From the NCBI RefSeq assembly GCF_021054785.1, contig NZ_CP088239.1, positions 60,001 through 92,000 on the forward strand: a stretch of 32,000 nt of DNA, read 5' to 3'. This stretch comes from Tannockella kyphosi. GTDB taxonomy: Bacteria; Bacillota_I; Bacilli_A; Erysipelotrichales; Coprobacillaceae. The translations under genes and the position numbers were made by a program. The number at the start of each line of letters is the position of its first letter. Positions within the stretch are counted from its first letter, which is position 1. Below, in pieces: positions 19,321 to 26,773 of this stretch. The notes under the pieces are model-generated. The model worked only from the letters and a program-made list of their open reading frames with translations, made no database searches and was not told the DNA's origin.

Positions 19321-19738
19321 AGTAGAAGAATTCACATAAGCGATAGTATGATAATTCACCTTCTCTTACCGATTCAATTTCTCCCTCAGTAATTTTAAAT
19401 GTTTGTGGCATCGTTGTTGAGTCTGTATCAAAATATTCTGCAAAGAAAGTAGTTGCATCAGATACACTTGATAAATCTACAAAATAAAGTGTGTCACTTC
19501 TGTTTTCATTTACAAATAAATCCATTGCATCAGTGTAAGAAATAGTAGATGAATCAATACTACTCCCAACAACAACAACAAAAGAATCTTCCTCTTCCAT
19601 CATTTGCTCTAATTTTGATTCAGAAAGTGTTACATAATCAGCGAACATAATATTTTTATATGCAAATAATCCACCAAAAGCAACAACTACGATACAGAAG
19701 ATTGATAACTCTTTCCACAATTTTTTAATTTTATCCAT
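19319..19738 (-). CDS. Hypothetical N-terminally anchored protein, possibly a Cys-less thioredoxin-like fold
   Basis: Start at the second ATG (19738), which is preceded by GGAGG. One TM segment. FVVVVGSSIDSS occupies the position where related accessory proteins carry CxxC; this is inference only. Confidence 0.45.
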   Translation of the reverse strand: MDKIKKLWKELSIFCIVVVAFGGLFAYKNIMFADYVTLSESKLEQMMEEEDSFVVVVGSSIDSSTISYTDAMDLFVNENRSDTLYFVDLSSVSDATTFFAEYFDTDSTTMPQTFKITEGEIESVREGELSYYRLCEFFY

Positions 19739-19821
19739 AATTGCCTCCATATATACTTATATATAATACCAAAAAAAAACCAAACTGACAACATAACAAA
19801 ATAAAAAGCCCAAATATGGGC

Positions 19822-20820
19822 TTATTTTTGACTTAAAACATAATTCCAAGCATCTTTACACATATCTTCTAATGTTTTAGTTGCTTGCCAACCTAAATCT
19901 TCCAATGCTTTTGATGAATCTGCGTAACATTCAGCAATATCTCCAGCACGTCTAGGTTGAATCTTATAAGGAACAGGTACACCATTTACTTTTTCAAAAG
20001 TGTTGATAACATCTAAAACGCTATAACCAATACCAGTACCTAAGTTATAAATATGAACACCATCATTAGCAATATTTTCTAATGCTTTTACATGGCCAAC
20101 ACCTAAATCTACAACATGAATATAATCTCTAACTCCAGTACCATCAGGAGTATTATAATCATCACCAAAGACTCCTAAACATGCTAAGTCTTTATTTGCT
20201 ACTTTCATAATATAAGGCATTAAGTTATTAGGAATCCCTTTAGGATCTTCTCCTAATAATCCAGAACTATGTCCACCAATTGGATTAAAATATCTTAATA
20301 AAATAATAGTCCAATCAGGATTAGCTGCTTGAATATCTGTTAGAATTTTTTCTAACATTAACTTACTTGTTCCATAAGGATTTGTAGTTGGTCCTAATTT
20401 TGCAGTTTCAACAATAGGTACAACATCAGGATCACCATAAACAGTTGCACTAGATGAAAAGACAAACTTTTTACAATCATACTCTTTCATTAAACGAGTT
20501 AAAATTAATGTACTATAAATATTGTTTGTATAATACTCTACTGGTTTACTTACAGATTCCCCAACTGCTTTATATCCAGCAAAATGAATAATTGAATCGA
20601 TTGATTCTTTTGCAAAAATCTCTTTCATAGCATCATAATCACAAACATCTACTTCATAAAAAGTAACTTCTTTATTTGTAATTTTCTTAATATAAGATAA
20701 TACCTCTATCTTAGCATTATATAAATTATCTACGATAACAACCTCGTGTCCTTGATTTAATAACTCAACACAAGTATGACTACCTATATACCCAATACCA
20801 CCTGTAACTAATACTTTCAT
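19822..20820 (-). CDS. galE: UDP-glucose 4-epimerase
   Basis: MKVLVTGGIGYIGSH Rossmann motif, SSSATVYG, YGTSK catalytic YxxxK. Confidence 0.93.
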   Translation of the reverse strand: MKVLVTGGIGYIGSHTCVELLNQGHEVVIVDNLYNAKIEVLSYIKKITNKEVTFYEVDVCDYDAMKEIFAKESIDSIIHFAGYKAVGESVSKPVEYYTNNIYSTLILTRLMKEYDCKKFVFSSSATVYGDPDVVPIVETAKLGPTTNPYGTSKLMLEKILTDIQAANPDWTIILLRYFNPIGGHSSGLLGEDPKGIPNNLMPYIMKVANKDLACLGVFGDDYNTPDGTGVRDYIHVVDLGVGHVKALENIANDGVHIYNLGTGIGYSVLDVINTFEKVNGVPVPYKIQPRRAGDIAECYADSSKALEDLGWQATKTLEDMCKDAWNYVLSQK

Positions 20821-20859
20821 ACGATATCCTCCTCTTTCATGACTATTTTATCACTATTT

Positions 20860-20895
20860 AAAAAAAAGAAAAGCAAAACTATTATTGTTTTGCTT
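20860..20895 (-). terminator. Terminator closing the XRE-ImmA unit
   Basis: aagcaaaac-tattatt-gttttgctt with an 8-T run on the minus strand; overlaps the last codons of the ImmA-like gene. Confidence 0.65.
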
Positions 20896-21130
20896 CTTTT
20901 TCTAATATTTCTACTTCCTCAAAACCACCTTGGAAATGGCCTTTGATTATATGTTTTAATTCATGAACAAGACTAAGTCTTTGTTGTGTGGAGGAACATT
21001 GTTCGCTAACTACCACTAGGTAACGATCACCATGGCAAAAAGTAAATGCTTTTGAAGAAGAAGGTAAATTACCAACTACATAACAAATATTATAATCATC
21101 TAGTATTTGTTGAATTTCTTCATCCGTCAT
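20882..21130 (-). CDS. Mini ImmA/IrrE-like (DUF955-type) zinc metalloprotease, 82 aa
   Basis: HEXXH motif (VHELKHIIKGH). Start reassigned to the ATG at 21130, 1 nt after the XRE stop, with an AAGAGGA RBS. Unusually short for the family. Confidence 0.5.
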   Translation of the reverse strand: MTDEEIQQILDDYNICYVVGNLPSSSKAFTFCHGDRYLVVVSEQCSSTQQRLSLVHELKHIIKGHFQGGFEEVEILEKEAKQ

Positions 21131-21131
21131 T

Positions 21132-21530
21132 TTATTGATTATCCTCTTTAATAAATGTATTAATAATAACAAGCACCTTTTCTAAATCACTAGGAGATAA
21201 TGTTCTCGATTTATCAAATAATAGCTTTAGATTTTCATTATCTACGATATCGTTATATAGACTAGCAAGTTCAGGTCTATCAGAAAGATAATTTATATTT
21301 TCTTGGTAATCACCTAAATATTCATCACTTACATGCCCGCCTGTTAATTCACGAACATCACATTCCAGTGCATCAGCAACTTTTCTAAGCTTATCACCAC
21401 GGATGCTACTAATTTCACCAGTTAAATAACGAGAAATAGTACTAGGGTTTAAGTTAGCACGTTTGGCTAGTTGTTGATTGTTTAAATTTAATTGTTGCAT
21501 TTTTAATTTCATCACATCTTTTAGTTCCAT
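21132..21530 (-). CDS. XRE-family HTH transcriptional regulator, 132 aa
   Basis: Start reassigned to the ATG at 21530 (AGGAGG RBS). HTH NQQLAKRANLNPSTISRYLTGE plus a roughly 65-aa C-terminal domain. Confidence 0.8.
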   Translation of the reverse strand: MELKDVMKLKMQQLNLNNQQLAKRANLNPSTISRYLTGEISSIRGDKLRKVADALECDVRELTGGHVSDEYLGDYQENINYLSDRPELASLYNDIVDNENLKLLFDKSRTLSPSDLEKVLVIINTFIKEDNQ

Positions 21531-21549
21531 AATCCATCCTCCTGGCAAT

Positions 21550-21577
21550 ATTATAGCATTTAGTTGCAAAAAAGCAA
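21550..21577 (-). promoter_or_regulatory. Promoter of the XRE-ImmA unit
   Basis: On the minus strand: TTGCTT, 16 nt, TGcTATAAT (extended -10). Confidence 0.55.
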
Positions 21578-21589
21578 TATTATTCCTAA

Positions 21590-21626
21590 AATAATTGCGT
21601 AAACTCATTGACAATACGCAATTATT
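21590..21626. promoter_or_regulatory. Perfect 12-bp inverted-repeat operator bracketing the -35 of the rightward promoter
   Basis: AATAATTGCGTA (21590-21601), 13 nt, TACGCAATTATT (21615-21626). The spacer contains TTGACA. Confidence 0.7.
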
Positions 21627-21636
21627 GTCGTAATAT
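21608..21636 (+). promoter_or_regulatory. Near-consensus promoter of the two-gene cargo unit
   Basis: TTGACA (21608-21613), 17 nt, TAATAT (21631-21636). Confidence 0.7.
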
Positions 21637-21640
21637 GAAA

Positions 21641-21654
21641 TTGCGGAAGCGCAA
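21641..21654. promoter_or_regulatory. Second operator-like inverted repeat at the predicted transcription start
   Basis: TTGCG-gaag-CGCAA, the same half-site core as the 12-bp repeat. Confidence 0.5.
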
Positions 21655-21670
21655 CAAAGGAGGAAAATCT

Positions 21671-21859
21671 ATGAAAATCAATAAATATCGCGTTGTAACA
21701 GTATTAAGTTTAGGGTTATTATTATTAACACCAGTTCTAAATATATTTGTAAATATGTTTGTTCGTCAAAAAGCAGGAGTAGGGAGTGAATGTTTATTAT
21801 GGTTATTTCCACTTTTAGTTTTAGCGCTGTATGATTCTTTTGTGGGTACGTTAGACTAA
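21671..21859 (+). CDS. Hypothetical 62-aa two-TM membrane protein
   Basis: Start reassigned to the ATG at 21671 (AGGAGG RBS; the track start at 21608 is the TTG inside the -35 box). Two hydrophobic helices. TAATG overlap with the next gene. Confidence 0.5.
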   Translation: MKINKYRVVTVLSLGLLLLTPVLNIFVNMFVRQKAGVGSECLLWLFPLLVLALYDSFVGTLD

Positions 21860-22185
21860 TGGAATTAACAAAGGAATTTGGGAATGCAAAAGTTGTTCAT
21901 GATTTTGATGAAGTAATCGATAAGATGGACTATATTATAATAGATGATGTTTTGTATTTTCAAATAAGTGAGTCTAATAAAGCATATGAAAAAATCCAAG
22001 CAGCAAAAGAAATAAGCTTGGTAACGAATGAATATTCTTTGACGGGAAGATGTAAAGAGGTAGGGAAAACAATTTATAATAGCCAATATATGGAATTGAT
22101 GAAAAAGTATTTTTCTTTTAAACAGTTAAAAGAGGAAAGATTGTTTATTTTTATTCAAACATATGAAAATCATATTATTATATAA
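21859..22185 (+). CDS. Hypothetical 108-aa soluble protein
   Basis: Translationally coupled to the preceding small membrane protein. No recognisable motif. Confidence 0.45.
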   Translation: MELTKEFGNAKVVHDFDEVIDKMDYIIIDDVLYFQISESNKAYEKIQAAKEISLVTNEYSLTGRCKEVGKTIYNSQYMELMKKYFSFKQLKEERLFIFIQTYENHIII

Positions 22186-22190
22186 AATAA

Positions 22191-22210
22191 AAAAGGCTAG
22201 ATAGCCTTTT
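22191..22210. terminator. Bidirectional terminator (cargo unit / aminotransferase)
   Basis: aaaaggct-agat-agcctttt with A and T runs on both sides. Confidence 0.7.
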
Positions 22211-23291
22211 ATTTTTTTGCAAGAATTGCTTCTACTGCTTTTACAAATTGTTCATTTTGTTCTGGACGACCAATACTCACACGAACATAAGTAGGACCAA
22301 AGCCTCTGATAATAACACCATATTGATTTAAGTCTAAAATAAACTTTTGAGTATCACGATGTGGATTGAAATAGACAAAGCTTGCAGAAGATTCTACAAT
22401 ATCAAAACCAAAAGATTTTAGAGCATTACTAATATAGTTTCTACCAACTGTATTATTATTAATAGATGCAGCAATATATTCTTCATCTTTGATAGCAATT
22501 TGTGCTCCTTGTAAAACCAAACGATTCGCACCATAGTTAAATTCTAACTTCACTAAATGTTGTTGAATTTCAGGTGTAGTCACTGCATATCCTAAACGTA
22601 ATCCTGCTAAACCATACAGTTTAGAGAATGTTCGTAAGACAATTACATTCTTTCCGGCTTTTACATATTCCATCATTGATATATGTTCTTTATCATCTAC
22701 CCACTCAAAATATGCTTCATCTACAACAGTAATAACATGCTCAGGAACATTTTCCATAAAGTATCTCATATCTTCATTCGAAACTTTCGCTCCAGTAGGG
22801 TTATTAGGATTTACGATAACAGCAATTTTTGTTTTTGGAGTAATGCTGGCAAGCATACCATGGACATCGCTAGCAAAGTTTTTATTATCAACACATACAG
22901 GAGTAATTCCATAACGTGATTCTAATAAAGTATAAGCGATATAAGTAGGGGTTGATAATACCATCTCATCACCTGGATTAAAGAACAAATCAGCAACAGC
23001 ACAAATTAAAGAACTAGATCCAGTTCCCATTACTATATTATTAGGTTCAAACCCTAAATTATTTGCAATAGCGTTTCTAGTAGGTGTGATTTGATTTGCA
23101 GGGTATAGATACATATCATCAAGATAACCTTTTAAAGCTTCGACCACTTTTGGAGATGGGCCGAATTGGTTTTCATTTGCGTCAAGTTTGCACTTAGTGA
23201 TACCTTCAGGTATCGGTGGTAGAGGAGTTCCTCCAGGAACATAATCTACGGCTTCTTTTTTAACATCATTTAATAAATCAAGTACATTCAT
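22209..23291 (-). CDS. hisC: Histidinol-phosphate aminotransferase-family (class II) PLP enzyme
   Basis: 360 aa. LDANENQFGPSP, NPNNPTG, PLP-lysine context RTFSKLYGLAGLRLGY. Stand-alone gene, so its physiological substrate is uncertain. Confidence 0.75.
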   Translation of the reverse strand: MNVLDLLNDVKKEAVDYVPGGTPLPPIPEGITKCKLDANENQFGPSPKVVEALKGYLDDMYLYPANQITPTRNAIANNLGFEPNNIVMGTGSSSLICAVADLFFNPGDEMVLSTPTYIAYTLLESRYGITPVCVDNKNFASDVHGMLASITPKTKIAVIVNPNNPTGAKVSNEDMRYFMENVPEHVITVVDEAYFEWVDDKEHISMMEYVKAGKNVIVLRTFSKLYGLAGLRLGYAVTTPEIQQHLVKLEFNYGANRLVLQGAQIAIKDEEYIAASINNNTVGRNYISNALKSFGFDIVESSASFVYFNPHRDTQKFILDLNQYGVIIRGFGPTYVRVSIGRPEQNEQFVKAVEAILAKK

Positions 23292-23415
23292 ATTTTATCC
23301 CCCTTGTAACAACATATATTATAGTTAGAACCAAAGAAAAGTAAATAGGTAAACGAAAGATTGTATACAAAGTTTTAATAAGATATTATTTTTTTTAAAA
23401 AAATTCAAATTAATA

Positions 23416-23444
23416 TTGACGAATTTTCAAAAAATTGGTAATAT
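23416..23444 (+). promoter_or_regulatory. tRNA operon promoter
   Basis: TTGACG, 17 nt, TAATAT, with an A/T-rich UP-like tract upstream; about 20 nt before the first tRNA. Confidence 0.65.
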
Positions 23445-23463
23445 GTATTAGCACTGGAAAACA

Positions 23464-23540
23464 TGGAGGTTTAGCTCAGTTGGGAGAGCATCTGCCTTAC
23501 AAGCAGAGGGTCAGCGGTTCGAGCCCGTTAACCTCCACCA
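23464..23540 (+). tRNA. tRNA-Val (UAC)
   Basis: Cloverleaf folded by hand. Acceptor GGAGGTT/AACCTCC, anticodon loop CTTACAA, encoded CCA. Confidence 0.9.
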
Positions 23541-23553
23541 TTTTTTAGTTAAT

Positions 23554-23629
<76 letters not shown>

Positions 23630-23633
23630 TAAT

Positions 23634-23717
23634 GGAGAAGTAGCGAAGAGGCTAAACGCGGCTGACTGTAACTCAGTTCCTAACGGTTCGGTGGTTCGAA
23701 TCCGCCCTTCTCCACCA
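23634..23717 (+). tRNA. tRNA-Tyr (GUA)
   Basis: Acceptor GGAGAAG/CTTCTCC, anticodon loop CTGTAAC, long variable arm, encoded CCA. Confidence 0.88.
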
Positions 23718-23721
23718 TTCT

Positions 23722-23797
23722 TGGGGTATAGCCAAGCGGTAAGGCAACAGACTTTGACTCTGTCATCCCCCTGGTTCGAATCCAGGTACCCCAGCCA
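23722..23797 (+). tRNA. tRNA-Gln (UUG)
   Basis: Acceptor TGGGGTA/TACCCCA, anticodon loop CTTTGAC, encoded CCA. Confidence 0.88.
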
Positions 23798-23806
23798 AAT
23801 AAACAA

Positions 23807-23882
23807 GACCTGCTAGCTCAGTTGGTAGAGCATCTGACTTTTAATCAGAGGGTCAGGCGTTCGAGTCGCCTGCGGGTCACCA
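23807..23882 (+). tRNA. tRNA-Lys (UUU)
   Basis: Acceptor GACCTGC/GCGGGTC, anticodon loop CTTTTAA, encoded CCA. Confidence 0.9.
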
Positions 23883-23906
23883 TTTTTTATAGAAGCATTA
23901 AGCCAT

Positions 23907-23995
23907 GCCCAGGTGGCGAAACTGGTAGACGCACAGGACTTAAAATCCTGCGGACCTTAAAATCCGTGCCGGTTCGATTCCGGCCCTGGGCACCA
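23907..23995 (+). tRNA. tRNA-Leu (UAA)
   Basis: Acceptor GCCCAGG/CCTGGGC, anticodon loop CTTAAAA, long variable arm, encoded CCA. Confidence 0.9.
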
Positions 23996-24001
23996 TTTTT
24001 T

Positions 24002-24075
24002 GCGGGTGTAGTTCAATGGTAGAACTTCAGCCTTCCAAGCTGACTACGTGGGTTCGATTCCCATCACCCGCTCCA
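24002..24075 (+). tRNA. tRNA-Gly (UCC), copy 1
   Basis: Acceptor GCGGGTG/CACCCGC, anticodon loop CTTCCAA, encoded CCA. Confidence 0.9.
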
Positions 24076-24098
24076 AATAATTTAATAAACCGCCTTAT

Positions 24099-24172
24099 GC
24101 GGGTGTAGTTCAATGGTAGAACTTCAGCCTTCCAAGCTGACTACGTGGGTTCGATTCCCATCACCCGCTCCA
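24099..24172 (+). tRNA. tRNA-Gly (UCC), copy 2
   Basis: Reads identical to copy 1. Confidence 0.9.
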
Positions 24173-24195
24173 ATCAATTTAATAACGCATATTAT

Positions 24196-24269
24196 GCGGG
24201 TGTAGTTCAATGGTAGAACTTCAGCCTTCCAAGCTGACTACGTGGGTTCGATTCCCATCACCCGCTCCA
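24196..24269 (+). tRNA. tRNA-Gly (UCC), copy 3
   Basis: Reads identical to copy 1. Confidence 0.9.
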
Positions 24270-24270
24270 T

Positions 24271-24346
24271 GCTTGAGTAGCTCAGTTGGTAGAGCAATCG
24301 GCTGTTAACCGATCGGTCGCAGGTTCGAGTCCTGCCTCAAGCGCCA
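24271..24346 (+). tRNA. tRNA-Asn (GUU)
   Basis: Acceptor GCTTGAG/CTCAAGC, anticodon loop CTGTTAA, encoded CCA; 1 nt after tRNA-Gly copy 3. Confidence 0.9.
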
Positions 24347-24349
24347 TGT

Positions 24350-24425
24350 GGCTCGTTGGAGAAACGGTTAACTCACTTGCCTTTCACGCAAGCATTCACG
24401 GGTTCGAATCCCGTACGAGTCACCA
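24350..24425 (+). tRNA. tRNA-Glu (UUC)
   Basis: Acceptor GGCTCGT/ACGAGTC (one G-U), anticodon loop CTTTCAC, T-arm CACGGGTTCGAATCCCGT, encoded CCA. Confidence 0.88.
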
Positions 24426-24491
24426 TTTAAAATAAACAAATAATTTATTTGTAGGTGATATTTGATATTTATGATTTACATAAATACAAAA

Positions 24492-24516
24492 CAAAGACAG
24501 CATATGCTGTCTTTTT
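24492..24516. terminator. Bidirectional terminator (tRNA operon / ABC operon)
   Basis: aaagacagcat/atgctgtcttt palindrome with T-runs on both strands. Confidence 0.7.
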
Positions 24517-25315
24517 ATATATGATAATCTCTTTGTTTATAAACATAACCTCCTATGAATACAAATACACCTAGTAATAATAAATAAGCTAATAATTGCA
24601 TTATGAAAGTTGAATCAAATGATAAAGCATTCGTTGGACTAAACAACTCAAAAGGGCTTAAATAAACAAACCAATCTAATTTAGTTGCTAAAGTAGAAAT
24701 AAATCCACACATATAACTAAACAAAACAACAATACTACCAATCATTGCACCAGATATCTTTCCTGAAATACCAGATAACATCACTCCTAAGCCTAAGAAT
24801 ACAAAAGGAGTTAAACTAGATAATTTCATAATTGTTAACACATCCATTAATACAAAAGTCTCACCACCATTAATAAACCCACATAGAATAGCAGAACTAA
24901 TAGTAGCCATAATAACAATCATTAATGAAATATAAGCCATTAAAAATTTAGAAATATAGATATCAAGACGACTAACTTCTAAAGAATATAAGAATTCTAT
25001 TGTTTTATTTCTTTCTTCACTAGCAATACAATTTGCTCCAAAGCTAACAGCAAAAATACTAATAGCAACCAATAATATATTATATATCATCCCAAAATAA
25101 GTAACAAAATCAGCTAAATCACTCATACTATCCATACCAAACAACTGAAATAACTCCTCTGGCATTGTCTCCATCTTTACAGTAGCCATATCTTGACAAT
25201 AAGGAAACAAAATCATATATAAAAACATCATACTAAATAAAGCAACAGTCCAACCAATAATAAGTTTCTTATTATTTTTAAGTTGAAATACTGTTAATAA
25301 ATAAATGTTTTTCAT
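24515..25315 (-). CDS. ABC-2 family transporter permease
   Basis: 266 aa, about 6 TM segments. Start abuts the ATPase stop (TAAATG). Confidence 0.75.
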   Translation of the reverse strand: MKNIYLLTVFQLKNNKKLIIGWTVALFSMMFLYMILFPYCQDMATVKMETMPEELFQLFGMDSMSDLADFVTYFGMIYNILLVAISIFAVSFGANCIASEERNKTIEFLYSLEVSRLDIYISKFLMAYISLMIVIMATISSAILCGFINGGETFVLMDVLTIMKLSSLTPFVFLGLGVMLSGISGKISGAMIGSIVVLFSYMCGFISTLATKLDWFVYLSPFELFSPTNALSFDSTFIMQLLAYLLLLGVFVFIGGYVYKQRDYHI

Positions 25316-26140
25316 TTATTCTTCCTCCTTATAATATTGAATAAAAGACTCTTCTACTGTTTTCTTCCTTATTTCTAAATAAGATAAATCTAACAAAGCT
25401 AATTCTTTTATTAAATCATTAGGGTTTCCACTATACTCATAACTAACTTCTTTATTATCACTAGTAAGATAACTAACAATTTGTACTTGTGATACACTAA
25501 CATCTAACATATCGATATCTTCCACAATTTTTCCATCTTTAATAATTAAAGCACGATCACAATATTTTTCTATTTCACTAAGGTTATGACTTGATAAAAA
25601 GATAGTCTTTCCTTTTTCTTTTTCCTTTAATAACAATTGAAAGAACTTTTCTTGCATAAAAGGATCTAAACCATTGGTAGGTTCATCTAAAATAAGAACA
25701 TCTTTATCTTTTAATAACAATTGAATAATCGAAACTTTCTTACGATTACCTAAACTTAGTTCTGCTATTTTCTTATCCAAATCTAATTCAAAATAATTTG
25801 CTAAAAAGTCTAGTGTATCCAATCCATGATTACCAATATTGATTACGAACTCAAATAAAGCACGACTAGTAATATGGGGATAAAACATCGTATCACTAGG
25901 CATATATCCAACAAAATCTCTTACTTTTTTAGCGTTTTTATTAGCATCTAAGTGATCAAAATGACAAGATCCTTTGCTTGGATGAATAAAGTCCATTAAA
26001 CAACGAATAGTAGTGCTTTTTCCAGCACCATTTTTACCAACAAAACCAACAATAGTTCCTTTTTCTATTGTAAAACTAAGATCATCTACTGCGATACATT
26101 CATCAAAAGTTTTAGTTAAATTATTAACGATTATTTTCAT
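25316..26140 (-). CDS. ABC transporter ATP-binding protein
   Basis: Walker A GKNGAGKST, signature LSLGNRKK, Walker B VLILDEP, H-loop SSH. Confidence 0.9.
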   Translation of the reverse strand: MKIIVNNLTKTFDECIAVDDLSFTIEKGTIVGFVGKNGAGKSTTIRCLMDFIHPSKGSCHFDHLDANKNAKKVRDFVGYMPSDTMFYPHITSRALFEFVINIGNHGLDTLDFLANYFELDLDKKIAELSLGNRKKVSIIQLLLKDKDVLILDEPTNGLDPFMQEKFFQLLLKEKEKGKTIFLSSHNLSEIEKYCDRALIIKDGKIVEDIDMLDVSVSQVQIVSYLTSDNKEVSYEYSGNPNDLIKELALLDLSYLEIRKKTVEESFIQYYKEEE

Positions 26141-26242
26141 TGTTATCCCTCTTCTCTCTTTTTATTGTAGACTACTATTTTTTAAAAGTAAAGAAGTTGA
26201 ATATATGTTATAATATTTGAAATAAATAGTAGGAGAAAGAGA

Positions 26243-26689
26243 ATGGAAATTATTGAAGGTTATCCATATGTGGAAGAAATTAAAGGATTGATTCAAGAGT
26301 ATTTGATTGAACTAGATCGTGATTTATCTTTTCAAGATATAGCAAGTGAATTTAATAATCTACCAAAAAAATATCCTGCATTGTTTGTTGCTAGAAAAGA
26401 GGATAAGGTGATTGGATGTGTGGCTTATCAAGTGTTGAGTAATGAGCGATGTGAGATGAAACGACTTTTTGTAAAAAAAGAATATCGAAACGAAAAGATA
26501 GGGGCTTTGTTAGTAGAAACAATCATTTCAAAAGCAATCAAAGAAGGTTATCATGAAATGGTTTTAGATACGATAGAACCATTACAAAGTGCCATTCATT
26601 TGTATCATTCTTATGGTTTTATGGAAACAACTGGGTACTATGATAACCCAATGGATGATGTGATTTATATGATGAAGGAACTTACTTAG
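26243..26689 (+). CDS. GNAT-family N-acetyltransferase
   Basis: Acetyl-CoA motif A: RLFVKKEYRNEKIGALLVETI...; YHSYGF. Preceded by an extended -10, TGtTATAAT, at 26206-26214. Confidence 0.85.
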   Translation: MEIIEGYPYVEEIKGLIQEYLIELDRDLSFQDIASEFNNLPKKYPALFVARKEDKVIGCVAYQVLSNERCEMKRLFVKKEYRNEKIGALLVETIISKAIKEGYHEMVLDTIEPLQSAIHLYHSYGFMETTGYYDNPMDDVIYMMKELT

Positions 26690-26773
26690 AATATATGTTT
26701 GATATTTGTGTATACAATTGCTAAAGATATTAGAAAGTGCTAAAATGTAAGGATAGAAAGGAGGAAATGTACG

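Larger units (their letters stand above)
24002..24269 (+). repeat. 97-bp tandem repeat x3 (tRNA-Gly plus 23-nt spacer)
   Basis: Copies start at 24002, 24099 and 24196. Spacers aataatttaataaaccgccttat and atcaatttaataacgcatattat are related. Confidence 0.9.

Noticed and set aside
20860-22210. Calling the XRE/ImmA cassette a prophage or ICE remnant integrated near the tRNA operon
   Set aside because: No integrase, excisionase, phage or conjugation genes are present. I could find no direct repeats matching a tRNA 3' end. The cassette is separated from the tRNAs by the aminotransferase gene. It is kept as a finding, but without the mobile-element label.
24002-24269. Direct repeats with similar-length spacers that look superficially CRISPR-like
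   Set aside because: The 74-nt repeat folds as a canonical tRNA-Gly(UCC) with CCA. The spacers are 23 nt and related to each other. No cas genes are in the window.
24426-24491. AT-only hairpin (acaaataa-t-ttatttgt) and gatattt direct repeats after tRNA-Glu as an att site or sRNA
   Set aside because: The stem is A/T only and the repeats are 7 nt in AT-rich DNA. The real terminator is the GC-containing palindrome at 24492-24516.
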